From NCBI GenBank assembly GCA_018700055.1, contig JABISL010000034.1, positions 1,560 through 65,559 on the forward strand: a stretch of 64,000 nt of DNA, given 5' to 3'. Shown here one piece after another: positions 52,722 through 64,000 of the stretch. Under the pieces are notes generated by a model. That model saw only the letters and a list, made by a program, of their open reading frames with translations. It made no database searches and had not been told where the DNA came from. How positions within the stretch are numbered: position 1 is the stretch's first letter; the number at the start of each line of letters is the position of its first letter. Position numbers and translations under genes: made by a program. This DNA comes from a bacterium. Its GTDB lineage: Bacteria > Margulisbacteria > Marinamargulisbacteria > UBA817 > JABISL01.

Positions 52722-53218
52722 AGCCCCATTATACCAGTCAGTTTACGGTTTTTTCGTTTGGATGCTCGATACTCCCAAGGTGGGAGGGGTTTTTGGGATT
52801 TCCATAATCCTTGTCGAGTAGATTTGGCAATAGATTCCAGAGACTGGCATGATTTGATAAGGGGTTGTTTGGGGTAGCACCAAGCATGACCATTTTTGAT
52901 CCAAAGTGTATTAATAGAAGCATTTTCATGGACAATGTCTGCTAGGTAGCGACCGTAAATATCTTTTTTGGCGATAAAGGCCGTTACTTCTTGATTGAGT
53001 AGTCTTTTTTGTAGTGCTTTTTTGGCGGTTTTGCCATAAGGTTGTTTCCATTCAGGGGAGTCGATGTGATTGAGTCGGATCTCATATGTTTGGTTCTGAT
53101 GAGTTATTACTAAGGAATCGCCGTCGATTACCCGTGTAACGTTGCCTGTAACAGTCCATGCATGGATAGGCGTGGTTAGAAATAGAGATGCCACGATGAA
53201 ATAGAAGAACGGCTTCAT
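52718..53218 (-). CDS. secreted staphylococcal-nuclease-like (thermonuclease / SNase fold) protein
   Basis: 166 aa with a signal peptide. It has the SNase blocks VIDGDSLVI, IRLNHIDSPE, YGRYLADIV and NGHAW. Confidence 0.6.
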   Translation of the reverse strand: MKPFFYFIVASLFLTTPIHAWTVTGNVTRVIDGDSLVITHQNQTYEIRLNHIDSPEWKQPYGKTAKKALQKRLLNQEVTAFIAKKDIYGRYLADIVHENASINTLWIKNGHAWCYPKQPLIKSCQSLESIAKSTRQGLWKSQKPLPPWEYRASKRKNRKLTGIMGL

Positions 53219-53236
53219 TAGGTCTAGTGTAGCAGC

Positions 53237-54691
53237 TTAGCTCATAAGAGGGAGAATGAGGTTGTCTACTTTGTTTCTAAATTGATCGGGGCCTTTTTTA
53301 ACTCGATGGGCGACCTCTTCAACCCGAATGTCACGCTCTTCTCTAGCTAAAAGCTGCTGCCCTTTTGGCGGGGGTTCAATGAGTTCAACCCCACGCCTAA
53401 TTAAGAAGGGAAAAGCTTTGTTTATTCCGCCAACAACACGGTATTCCAAAACAGTTTGCCCCGACTTTAAAGCATTATTGGATTGAGCGGTTCTTAATCC
53501 GGCTAAGCGTCCTAGGATGAGTTTTGTTCCAGGGTTTCGGTTGAGTATCATTGTAATCGCCATGTCAGTTACATTGTGAGTGGCGACCATGAATTCAGAG
53601 TTTTGATTTAAGGTGGTACCTTGCGCTCCTTTTTCAACAGAATTTCTGTAGGTGTCGTCCGTACCGGACTTTGTTGTGTGAATAATTCCTTCTGGTTCAG
53701 ATAGCATATAGGCCCCACGTACTGCCCTGTTTATAGTGGCTAAGTTGTTTGTTTTAGTAAGAAGGTTTGTATCATCAATACGATCGCCTCCATTTTGTAA
53801 GTAGTTTTGAAGCACTTCCCCATAAACGGCTTGATCGTTAGTGTTGAAATGAAGGATTAGGCATTTGGCTGTTTCGTGTATAGCGAGTTGGACATTTGAT
53901 TTTTCGGCATCCATTTGTAGTCGGACTCCACTAGCGATGGATAAGTTTCCAAGTCGTTCGCAACGATCAATGCTATTTAGAAACGTTTTTTTGAGATCTC
54001 CAAAATCATCCGGGGTAATTAAGCTTTCGTTGTCTGGATAGGTGTTGTTAGGGTTTTTTGCGTAATCGAGTAAAACCTTAAACTCGGGTAGTTTTTTTCC
54101 ATTTTCAAGAAGGTTTTGCATGGTTAGTAACACCTCTTCAAGAAAAAGGGACCCTGTTACTTTTAGCGCTGCAATTTCTGGTGGTCTTAGGCGGGTTTCT
54201 CCGACGAACATGCCGCTTACTTGCTCAAAAGCCGTTTCAATTTGTTCTTCGGTTTTGCAGTATTCATTAACGAGGTTGTAGCACCCAATAGTTCCTGGGG
54301 AATCTGAGGTATTTAGTCGTGCCTCTTCTAAGGTCTCTCCGGCATAAAAAGAACTAAATGCCCATCTTACTATGGGGTGTCCTACGGGGTTGTCTAAAGC
54401 GATTTCTGTGGCCTTCATTATTCCCGCACGTGCTGTGGCTGGGCATTTGGATATGAGAACCATAGCCCCAAATAGTGCGGCATCTTTTACTAATGTAGCC
54501 GTTGGGACGTTTTCAAGTCCGCTATGATGAGACAGTTTTTTTGCGAGCCCTTCGACGTCTTTAGAGTTGGGGTCGGTTTGGGGTACATGTTGGGCTTTTG
54601 TAACGGTGCTAGTTGTAGTTCCAAATCCACGGAATACGACGGGGCCAATATGTTTGAACGCACGTACAGCTGGGGTAGTTAATCCTTGCAT
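53237..54691 (-). CDS. proline dehydrogenase (PRODH / PutA catalytic-domain-like), monofunctional
   Basis: 484 aa. The motifs FYAGETLEEA, LQMDAE, VRGAYM and ATHN correspond to conserved PRODH blocks. Confidence 0.55.
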   Translation of the reverse strand: MQGLTTPAVRAFKHIGPVVFRGFGTTTSTVTKAQHVPQTDPNSKDVEGLAKKLSHHSGLENVPTATLVKDAALFGAMVLISKCPATARAGIMKATEIALDNPVGHPIVRWAFSSFYAGETLEEARLNTSDSPGTIGCYNLVNEYCKTEEQIETAFEQVSGMFVGETRLRPPEIAALKVTGSLFLEEVLLTMQNLLENGKKLPEFKVLLDYAKNPNNTYPDNESLITPDDFGDLKKTFLNSIDRCERLGNLSIASGVRLQMDAEKSNVQLAIHETAKCLILHFNTNDQAVYGEVLQNYLQNGGDRIDDTNLLTKTNNLATINRAVRGAYMLSEPEGIIHTTKSGTDDTYRNSVEKGAQGTTLNQNSEFMVATHNVTDMAITMILNRNPGTKLILGRLAGLRTAQSNNALKSGQTVLEYRVVGGINKAFPFLIRRGVELIEPPPKGQQLLAREERDIRVEEVAHRVKKGPDQFRNKVDNLILPLMS

Positions 54692-54855
54692 AATAATAAT
54701 CTCCTAAAATGAACCGTAATACGGTGGGGAAAAACACTTAGGGTGGCGATAACTTGTAGTAGGCTTTTTGCAACTTTCCGAATTATTCGCCTGTTTGTTG
54801 TATTTAATTCTAATTATTTCGAATAATATTTTACGATATTAGCAGTTTTTTAATA

Positions 54856-54878
54856 TAAATTCCAGTAAATGGAATTTA
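54856..54878 (-). terminator. hairpin terminator overlapping the msrA stop (TAAATTCCA-gtaaa-TGGAATTTA followed by TTTATATT on the mRNA strand)
   Basis: A 9-bp perfect inverted repeat, read directly. Confidence 0.45.
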
Positions 54879-55463
54879 TTTGGGCCAGTGCTGTTTAAGA
54901 AAAGAGTCTCTACCGGATCCTTTTTTGTAACGGTTGTACTGGAGGGTGCTTTTTTTGTAATAATCCTGATGGTAGTCTTCGGCTAGGTGAAATGTAGTGT
55001 ATGGGCGGAGTTGAGTAACTATTGGGAGATCAAATTTTCTGGAGCCAGACAGCGCTTGTTTTGCAGCGATAGCCAGTTGGTGTTGATCGTCGTCATGGTA
55101 GAAAATAATGGTTCGGTAGTGTTTGCCGATGTCAGCAAACTGTCCATCATCTTGGGTGGGGTCGATGCTTCTCCAATAGGTAATTAATAGTTGGTCGTAG
55201 CTCACGACCTTGGGGTTATACGTGACTTGAACGGCTTCGGCATAGTCTGTTTGGCCATGCGCTACTTCATGATAGGTCGGATTGGGTGTCGTTCCACCAG
55301 CATAACCAGCGACAACTTCAGTGACGCCTTCTAAGGATTCAAATGGGGGCTCCATGCACCAAAAGCAACCGCCCGCGAACGTAGCTGTTTGAGTAGATGC
55401 GCAGCTTGGTGTTGTCATGAGTAGACCTCCGAGGAGTATTAATGTGAGTAGTTGTTTGAGCAT
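54876..55463 (-). CDS. msrA: peptide methionine-S-sulfoxide reductase MsrA
   Basis: 195 aa with a signal-like N-terminus. It has the GGCFWCME active-site motif. Confidence 0.85.
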   Translation of the reverse strand: MLKQLLTLILLGGLLMTTPSCASTQTATFAGGCFWCMEPPFESLEGVTEVVAGYAGGTTPNPTYHEVAHGQTDYAEAVQVTYNPKVVSYDQLLITYWRSIDPTQDDGQFADIGKHYRTIIFYHDDDQHQLAIAAKQALSGSRKFDLPIVTQLRPYTTFHLAEDYHQDYYKKSTLQYNRYKKGSGRDSFLKQHWPK

Positions 55464-55478
55464 TGATCAATTGAACAT

Positions 55479-55508
55479 GGGACACATCATCCTAAGGCAA
55501 TGTGTCCC
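55479..55508 (-). promoter_or_regulatory. perfect 9-bp stem hairpin (GGGACACAT-12 nt-ATGTGTCCC) ending 15 nt upstream of the msrA ATG and after the stop of the Cys/His-rich small gene
   Basis: Read directly at 55479-55508. Confidence 0.45.
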
Positions 55509-55522
55509 AGTTAATTATTTAT

Positions 55523-55768
55523 TTAGCAGCAGCCCTGTCCGTGTGTGTGGGTGTGTCCACCAGTGGAGGGTGTGTCTGTTTTACAGCATTTGCAAAATCC
55601 CTTACAGACTTTTTTGAGTCCAATAATGGTTAGAATTGCTGGCCATACAATAGAAACGGTGTCAGTGCTAAGTACACCAAAGCGACCTAGTAATAGCGTT
55701 AAACCGATAAGGGTGATGCCAATACCTACTGATTTGTGGCATAAGCATTTACAAATTCCGTGAGACAT
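55523..55768 (-). CDS. small membrane protein with CxxC pairs and a Cys/His-rich metal-binding-like tail
   Basis: 81 aa: MSHGICKCLCHK...(two TM-like segments)...KVCKGFCKCCKTDTPSTGGHTHTHGQGCC. Confidence 0.4.
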   Translation of the reverse strand: MSHGICKCLCHKSVGIGITLIGLTLLLGRFGVLSTDTVSIVWPAILTIIGLKKVCKGFCKCCKTDTPSTGGHTHTHGQGCC

Positions 55769-55848
55769 AAATAATCCTCCTAGTATTGGTCCAGTAATAA
55801 GAAATTGGACTGTATTAATTATACACTAGGCGAAAGTTGAAAAGGGAT

Positions 55849-56046
55849 CTATTCCCAGCCTTCGACTTCTTTGATTACAGGTAATGTGTAGTCTGCAGCA
55901 ACCCATTTGTAGATATCTTGAGCAGGGGTTTTCCCATCTGTAGAGAATAAACGGACATCATTTGTGTAGTTGCCTTTTTTCTTTGGTTTTTTGTCAAAAA
56001 AGAGGATGTAGTTGTTTTTAAGTAGAACGATGTAAAGTTTTTTCAT
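55849..56046 (-). CDS. small hypothetical protein
   Basis: 65-aa ORF, lysine-rich. I recognise no motifs. Confidence 0.2.
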   Translation of the reverse strand: MKKLYIVLLKNNYILFFDKKPKKKGNYTNDVRLFSTDGKTPAQDIYKWVAADYTLPVIKEVEGWE

Positions 56047-56213
56047 AATGGTAGCTTCTTCCGTTTAAATAGATGGTATGACTTGGCCTTTATAGTATAG
56101 GGAAAACGACTATTATGCACCCTTTATTTGTAGTAGATCCACTTTGACCTTCGGCAAAGGTGGATCACGGCTGCAATTAGATCAATCCTCCTTCGCTTTT
56201 GTTTCCTTACTAA

Positions 56214-58505
<2,292 letters not shown>

Positions 58506-58524
58506 GAAAAAGGGAGTATTAATT

Positions 58525-58842
58525 ATGACTAATTATATGTTTGCGTATCATGGTGGTGACCAGCCAGAGAGCCCGGAAGAAGGGGCAAAGCACATGACAA
58601 ACTGGAAAAAGTGGGTGGCTGATCTTGGTGATGCAATGGTGACTCCCGAAGTCCCATTGGGAATGTCTAAGACAGTAAGTTCTTCTGGTGTTGCTGATGA
58701 TGGCGGGGCCAACCCAATATTGGGTTATACAGTTATTGCAGCAGAGAGTATGGATGCCGCATTAAAGATTGCTCAAGCATGTCCCTTTTTGGCGATGAAC
58801 GGCACGATTGAAGTGGCAGAAGTTAGGCAAATGCCGGGATAG
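58525..58842 (+). CDS. small YCII/DGPF-like domain protein (tentative)
   Basis: 105 aa. The pattern is a weak match to YCII-related proteins (MFAYHGG...W..W...L). Confidence 0.3.
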   Translation: MTNYMFAYHGGDQPESPEEGAKHMTNWKKWVADLGDAMVTPEVPLGMSKTVSSSGVADDGGANPILGYTVIAAESMDAALKIAQACPFLAMNGTIEVAEVRQMPG

Positions 58843-58862
58843 ATTAGGGTATAGTTAACACT

Positions 58863-59939
58863 ATGGCACCGACTATATTTATTCTATCGACCGCAGACAA
58901 AGGTGGAGAACGGACTCATATCCAGCAGATTACTTCTGGGTTGGGGGCTGAGTATGAATTCAGGGTTATTCAAAGTGGGTTATCGCCTCTATCGTTGAGG
59001 TCTCTTTATTTAGAGATTAAAAAAGATAAACCCGTTTTAATCCATGCGCATGGTTATAAGTCGTTTACTCAGGTTCGGTTGCTTAAGCTGTTAGGCTGTC
59101 GAGTGCCCCCTATTTTAGGGACTATCCATGGGTTTCATTTGTCTCGATATCCAAGTGCAATCAAACGGTTTTTTCGGCTTAGGATTGAGCGGATGTTGTG
59201 TCGCTTGCAAGATGTAACGATTGCCGTGAGTCAGTCGGATTACGATGCAATTTTGAGTTATCGATTGGCAGATGAAAAGTCTCTGGTGTTGATCCCAAAT
59301 GGGGTATCGATTTCTGATAAGACAGTGGTTCAAAGTGAGAAGGCGGTAGATGAACTGAGACAATTAGGCATCGATCTAGATAGGCATGATATTGTGATAT
59401 CGGTAGGTGCATTGGAACCAGTAAAAGGCTTTGATTTCTTGATTGAATCGATGCATCGGATTGTTCAGAATCAATCCGATACTCGATTGCGTATAGTTGT
59501 TTTGGGAGAAGGTGTTGAAAGGCGAAGGTTAGAGCGTCAGATTAAGACCCTTGGACTGATTAATCATGTGTTTTTGGTCGGCCGAAAGGATAATTGCCAG
59601 GGATGGCTTTCATTGGCGTCTATTTACTTATGCTGTTCCCACTATGAAGGCTTGCCCTACTCTGTATTAGAGGCGATGAGTATGGGCTTACCAGTGATTG
59701 CGTTGGATGTGCCAGGTTGTAGAGACTTGGTTCGTGATGGTGAAACGGGATTATTGGCTCCTTTTGGGGATTGTGAGGCGTTTGTTAGTGCGGTTCAGGC
59801 GGTTCGAGAAAATGAAGACCTAAGAGCGCGATTGGGTGAGGGGGGGAGAGACTTGGTTATCAAAACTTATTCGCTGCAGGGTGCATTGGATAAATTGCGT
59901 GGGGCTTATGGACGGGCAGGCTTTTCTAGACTTCTTTGA
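58863..59939 (+). CDS. GT4-family (GT-B) glycosyltransferase
   Basis: 358 aa. It has the C-terminal E-x7-E motif region SHYEGLPYSVLEAMSMGLPVIA. Confidence 0.7.
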   Translation: MAPTIFILSTADKGGERTHIQQITSGLGAEYEFRVIQSGLSPLSLRSLYLEIKKDKPVLIHAHGYKSFTQVRLLKLLGCRVPPILGTIHGFHLSRYPSAIKRFFRLRIERMLCRLQDVTIAVSQSDYDAILSYRLADEKSLVLIPNGVSISDKTVVQSEKAVDELRQLGIDLDRHDIVISVGALEPVKGFDFLIESMHRIVQNQSDTRLRIVVLGEGVERRRLERQIKTLGLINHVFLVGRKDNCQGWLSLASIYLCCSHYEGLPYSVLEAMSMGLPVIALDVPGCRDLVRDGETGLLAPFGDCEAFVSAVQAVRENEDLRARLGEGGRDLVIKTYSLQGALDKLRGAYGRAGFSRLL

Positions 59940-59997
59940 CTGTAAAGAGGTATTATTTTTCTAGGTATAGGGCTTTTTACTTTATATTAATAATTGG

Positions 59998-60750
59998 TTG
60001 ATGGGAGTGTTTTCTATGGGGTTTCGTATTAAGTTGTTTTTGAGGACCTGGATTCTTCCACCTGGTATTTTAGTTGTCTGGGTATGGTTGAACTCTTTGT
60101 CTGAACGTTGGCGATATACTGGATTTCGGCAAAAAGGATATGATGAAAAACGGTATTGGCAAGATCGTCACAAACAATATGGAGAGTCACTTCGAGGGGT
60201 AGGCTTTAAGGGTATGGATGAGTTGGAGAATATGGCTTGGTACCTGAATGGGAAATATATTTTTCAGGCCCTTTTGGCGCAACTAAATTTATCTACTTCG
60301 ACTTCTATATTGGAAATTGGTTTTGGGACTGGCTTTTACACGCAACTTTTAGTAGAAAGAGGTATTGGTTCATATCTTGGCGTAGATATTGTTGATCAAC
60401 ATCATGATAAGTTGCAAAATATTCTATCTGGTACATCTTCAGAGCTTTTAGTAGCAGATATTGGAAAGGAAAATATTAAGAGTTTTTCAGCAGACCTTGT
60501 TACTATGCTAGATGTATCGCAGCATATTGTGAATGATAAAGATTTGATTTTTTGTTTGAAACAGGTAGATGCTTGTTTAGAGTCAGGTGGTTTTTTTATG
60601 GTTACTGATTCGGATGAAACCTTTCGGGAATCTTTTTATGTGTGTGGTAGATCCTTTGATTTTTATAAGACAAACTTATCTAATTATCGTGTGTTTCATC
60701 AAAAGGTTAGGTTTAGAGATAAATATGCTTTGGTTCTTCAAAAGAAGTAG
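59998..60750 (+). CDS. class I SAM-dependent methyltransferase
   Basis: It has the ILEIGFGTGFYT motif I. The true start is possibly the ATG at 60001. Confidence 0.55.
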   Translation: MMGVFSMGFRIKLFLRTWILPPGILVVWVWLNSLSERWRYTGFRQKGYDEKRYWQDRHKQYGESLRGVGFKGMDELENMAWYLNGKYIFQALLAQLNLSTSTSILEIGFGTGFYTQLLVERGIGSYLGVDIVDQHHDKLQNILSGTSSELLVADIGKENIKSFSADLVTMLDVSQHIVNDKDLIFCLKQVDACLESGGFFMVTDSDETFRESFYVCGRSFDFYKTNLSNYRVFHQKVRFRDKYALVLQKK

Positions 60751-60755
60751 GTTTT

Positions 60756-62183
60756 TTGGGGCTGATTTTGTTTAAAAAAGACCTTTTATATTTTTTTGTC
60801 TCGAAGGTGTTTCATATTGGCTTTGGGTTGTTTATTTTACGAACCTTATCTAATAATTTGTCCCCAGCTAGTTTTGGTTTGTATGAAACAGCCTTTGTTA
60901 CTATACAGCTCCTTAGTTTGATTATCGGTCTGGGTTTGGGGTCTGGATTGACGCGAGAGGTGGCTGTTGGATCTAGGGATGTTAAAACATTGTTTTCTTT
61001 TGCGCTTATATTGGTGCTGCTTATGGGTTGCGGGGCTATTTTTTTAGGGTGGGGACTTTCTCCTTGGCTTACAACCTATTTATCTAAGGAAGTTTTAGTC
61101 TTTGTTTTTGTTTCGGCTGGTTTTTTCGCTCTGAACGAGCTTGGGTTTGGTTTGGTTAGAGGGTATTCCTATTCTAAGTATTATTTACTGATTATTTGTG
61201 CTCAAAATGCGGTTTTTTTAGGGACGCTTTATTTCTTTTTTACGGCATATAATGTCTCTTTGTTTTATGCGCTTCTTGGGTTTTTTTTGGGGCAAGTTAC
61301 AGCCTTTTTATTATATGGGATTCGGTTTTTCCCGTCTCTGTGTCGACCCGCTTCTTGGGGCTCATTTTCGGGTATCTTTTTCTTTTCATTTCCACTAATG
61401 TTGTCTAACTTATTGGCCTTTGTTTACCACTCTTCAGATCGGTATATGTTGGCGCTTATGCAATCGCTAGAGGAGGTTGCATTTTATAGTATTGCTTACC
61501 GAGTTTTTGGGTTGCTTATGGTTGTTATAGGAGTAGTCCAAATGGCTTTTCCTGGGTATATTTTTCGGGTTTATGCAAATAACCCGAAGTATTCACAGGC
61601 GCTTAGTAGTACGGTTCAGATCGTATTCTTTCTTTATTCAGTATGTTCAGTAGGGTTGTCGATTGGGGCTGCCTTTTTAGTACGTTTTCTCTCCTCATCG
61701 GTCTATTTGCCTGCGGTGCCGATAATTTTTGTGCTGATGATGGCAGGTCTTTTCCAAGGGCTATCAAGTTTGCTAGTTTCTGGCATTAGTTTTGAAGGGC
61801 GGACATCTAGGTTTTTGGTAGTAACTTTTGTGTGTGCGCTTGTTAACTTCTCACTTAATTTTATTTGGATTCCACCGTATGGCATGATGGGGGCAGCCGT
61901 TTCCACTTCTATTTCAATGGCGTTGATGTGTTTATTGAGTGCGATTGTGTCCTTTTATACGCACCCAATTTCTTATAAATGGGTGCGTATTAGTTTGGAT
62001 TTGATACTATTGTTTTCATTTTTAATGTGGCAGTTGTTTTTCCCTATGGCGTTGGGTTTTAGGCTATTGGTTGGTGGTGCCGTTATTCTATTTGCAGCGG
62101 TTATTTTAATTTCTCGTGATGAAATCTTGCTTATTAAGGAGGAGTTAGAGAAATATGATGTTTTTGCGAAGATTTTGCGTTAG
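60756..62183 (+). CDS. polysaccharide biosynthesis membrane protein (MOP/Wzx-like flippase)
   Basis: 475 aa with about 12 TM segments and no other domains, in a glycan-locus context. Confidence 0.5.
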   Translation: MGLILFKKDLLYFFVSKVFHIGFGLFILRTLSNNLSPASFGLYETAFVTIQLLSLIIGLGLGSGLTREVAVGSRDVKTLFSFALILVLLMGCGAIFLGWGLSPWLTTYLSKEVLVFVFVSAGFFALNELGFGLVRGYSYSKYYLLIICAQNAVFLGTLYFFFTAYNVSLFYALLGFFLGQVTAFLLYGIRFFPSLCRPASWGSFSGIFFFSFPLMLSNLLAFVYHSSDRYMLALMQSLEEVAFYSIAYRVFGLLMVVIGVVQMAFPGYIFRVYANNPKYSQALSSTVQIVFFLYSVCSVGLSIGAAFLVRFLSSSVYLPAVPIIFVLMMAGLFQGLSSLLVSGISFEGRTSRFLVVTFVCALVNFSLNFIWIPPYGMMGAAVSTSISMALMCLLSAIVSFYTHPISYKWVRISLDLILLFSFLMWQLFFPMALGFRLLVGGAVILFAAVILISRDEILLIKEELEKYDVFAKILR

Positions 62184-63288
62184 GTTTTTTTTGCTATTAT
62201 TTCAGAGGCGTAACCGAACGGCGTTGTCTGAAGTTAACACTATATTGATACTGACTTATATGGGCATTGGAAATTTGATTTTGATGAGCCCAATGTTACA
62301 AGCGTTGCGTGCAGCTATGCCAAATGCACGTATTATTATCCAGGGATCTAAAGCCGCACATTCCTCAGTTATTTTGCCGGAAGGCTTGGTAGACGAGCAC
62401 CATATAGTGGATGTGGCTGAAAATAGTATTTGGCGCTTTCTCAAAAGGGGTTTTGTTTTACGTAACCAGGTAGACCTATTAATTTCTGACTGTCACAGTT
62501 TAATTTTTAGTTTGATGTCTCAAGTCGCACTTATGAATATTCCGAATAGAATAGGCCATATTAGCAGTGAGAGATGGCAAGGAAATTATGACTTTATCTA
62601 TAATCTGCCCGTTTCTATGCCAGCATTTTCTCATGAAATTGATCGATACCTTAGGCTGTTGCGCCCATTAGAAGCGTATCAGGCTATTTCTCCTGAGTCT
62701 GCCAACCTTCTGTTTTCGTTGCAAGACAAAGATGTTGTCCATGCGCGTAATTTTATGGCTTCTTTGCCTAATAGAAAGCATGTTTTGGGTGTTCAAATTG
62801 GTGCATCGGTGCTTTGGAAGCAATATCCCAAGGCCCTACTTGTATCGGTACTTTCTCAATTGAGTGCGTACCCAATCATGTTTGTTTTTTTGGGGTCCCC
62901 TGCCGATTTGGCTTTAGGAGAAGAAATTCGTGATGAGCTGAATACCGTTGATTCCATTGTGATTCATATGACAGCTGAATTGTCACAGTCTGCAGCTGTT
63001 ATTTCTGGTTTAGACGCTGTGCTGACAAATGATAGTGGTCTTATGCATGTGGCTCACGCCTTTCGTAAGCCGCTTGTGGCTCTTTATGGGCCAACTGAGT
63101 ATGAACGCACCGCTCCTCATGGGGAGAATGTTCGTCTTATACGTGGTGAATGCCCTTGCCAGCCTTTTGAGGATATTATGAATCACCAGGCAGTTCAGAA
63201 CTGTCCAAATGACCGCGTTTGCTTATCCTCAATTTCTTCAGAAAATGTTGTTCAGGAAGTTTTGGCTTCTTTAGAGATTGCATTGTGA
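62155..63288 (+). CDS. GT9-family glycosyltransferase (ADP-heptose:LPS heptosyltransferase-like)
   Basis: 377 aa. It has ILILTYMGIGNLILMSPMLQAL near the N-terminus and the C-terminal DSGLMHVAHAFRKPLVALYGPT, typical of RfaF/RfaC-type GT9 enzymes. Confidence 0.7.
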   Translation: MMFLRRFCVRFFLLLFQRRNRTALSEVNTILILTYMGIGNLILMSPMLQALRAAMPNARIIIQGSKAAHSSVILPEGLVDEHHIVDVAENSIWRFLKRGFVLRNQVDLLISDCHSLIFSLMSQVALMNIPNRIGHISSERWQGNYDFIYNLPVSMPAFSHEIDRYLRLLRPLEAYQAISPESANLLFSLQDKDVVHARNFMASLPNRKHVLGVQIGASVLWKQYPKALLVSVLSQLSAYPIMFVFLGSPADLALGEEIRDELNTVDSIVIHMTAELSQSAAVISGLDAVLTNDSGLMHVAHAFRKPLVALYGPTEYERTAPHGENVRLIRGECPCQPFEDIMNHQAVQNCPNDRVCLSSISSENVVQEVLASLEIAL

Positions 63289-64000
63289 TTATACTTGCGT
63301 ATTTAAGAAAATATAATTTATTTGTATTAATCATTAAAGCTTTTTTGAAGGTGGTTGAAAGGATCACAAATCTTTGGTTTCGTCATTTTGATGTGAGTAG
63401 AGATACAAGGCTAGCTAATTTTATTTTGCCGACTGTAGAAAACGAAAGCCTTTGGCCTACTTTTGATGAGTGTGAAGGTTGTTCGAATGATGTTACAGAG
63501 TTTCTCATAGAGATGTACTTGTCCCATCGCTTTGATTTATTGGGCAGTGGCTGGGTACGCAATGCTTATGATTCTACTTGTCTTGGGTTAGAAGGTAGTC
63601 GATATGAGTCATTGTTGGAAATTTCTAGTTTTGATCCAAAAGGGGAGTGGCTTTCAGGATTGTTGCGACCAGCACATGTGGGACGGAGTATGGAATCCTG
63701 GGCACTAATAAACGATCAAAATTATAAGCCTATTGATTGGCAACGCGATTTTAAGAGTGGCTATAGGTGGTCTCAACGGGATTGGTATAAGGACCTTGCG
63801 ATAATACGTATGCCTGGTGTTGATATCAAAGTGCCTTGGGAACTTGCCCGACTTCAGCATTTGCCTAGGATGGCTCTTTTGGTGCAGAAACGGCCTCAAT
63901 TTCAAGAAAGTGTTATTCGAGAATTTCGATCTGAGGTATTGGATTTTATAGCAACCAACCCTCCACGAATGGGTGTGAATTGGGTCTGTACCATGGATGT
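63285..64000 (+). CDS. heparinase II/III-like family protein (partial, running off the window end). The start is uncertain: GTG 63285 or ATG 63513.
   Basis: My own translation (no ORF-track entry): ...NYKPIDWQRDFKSGYRWSQRDWYKDLAIIRMPGVDIKVPWELARLQHLPRMALL...GVNWVCTMD. The pattern is typical of the N-terminal region of heparinase II/III-like proteins found in LPS/capsule loci. Confidence 0.45.
   Translation, partial: MIILAYLRKYNLFVLIIKAFLKVVERITNLWFRHFDVSRDTRLANFILPTVENESLWPTFDECEGCSNDVTEFLIEMYLSHRFDLLGSGWVRNAYDSTCLGLEGSRYESLLEISSFDPKGEWLSGLLRPAHVGRSMESWALINDQNYKPIDWQRDFKSGYRWSQRDWYKDLAIIRMPGVDIKVPWELARLQHLPRMALLVQKRPQFQESVIREFRSEVLDFIATNPPRMGVNWVCTMD

Overview
This 64-kb window is a gene-dense chromosomal segment from a diderm (Gram-negative-type) bacterium of moderately low GC content. 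The lineage is uncertain; the content points to a host-associated or environmental proteobacterium-like or PVC-like organism. There are no rRNA genes, CRISPR arrays, transposases or integrases. I found one tRNA-Pro(UGG).

The backbone is housekeeping. It includes an extracytoplasmic thiol-redox set (TlpA-like, CcdA, TrxB, with an ApbE fragment at the left edge) and TCA-related enzymes (FumC, malic enzyme, a monomeric NADP-IDH plus a second NAD-type IDH-like enzyme). It also includes Prc/Ctp protease, a nitroreductase, QueE, RelA/SpoT, RdgB, MsrA and IscS-type cysteine desulfurase. Ribosomal protein S20 carries a histone-H1-like KAAP tail. The accD-accA-recJ-tRNAPro-accB genes lie in that order. 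A glycan/LPS locus (GT4, methyltransferase, MOP flippase, GT9, heparinase II/III-like) sits at the right edge.

Several blocks look accessory or unusual.
(1) A co-directional envelope-stress module on the minus strand (about 8.0-10.9 kb) has an ECF sigma factor interrupted by a frameshift in a homopolymer, followed by an anti-sigma, a Spy/CpxP-like LTXXQ protein and an OMP/TPR protein.
(2) A 3-gene operon on the minus strand (4.3-6.4 kb) encodes Pro-rich, disordered, homology-poor proteins. Two of the genes are preceded by perfect hairpins that bury the Shine-Dalgarno sequence.
(3) A 14-kb co-directional array (38.0-51.9 kb) runs deacetylase - HAD hydrolase - S/P-rich disordered protein - 1117-aa orphan protein - two tandem paralogous 7TM-GAF-PAS histidine kinases with no response regulator - SulP/STAS transporter fused to a cNMP-binding domain. 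A class III adenylate cyclase with a PF04392-type periplasmic binding partner lies elsewhere in the window.
(4) An extracytoplasmic flavin/metal module (21.6-25.6 kb) has a Met-rich OMP, a porin-like OMP, an FMN-binding protein carrying an ApbE flavinylation motif, and a PepSY-TM protein.
(5) A family of roughly 65-nt structured intergenic repeats sits about 20 nt after the stop codons of three genes.
I also describe small unannotated ORFs and several palindromic or direct-repeat operator-like sites.

All functional calls come from reading motifs in the supplied translations. No database search was run.
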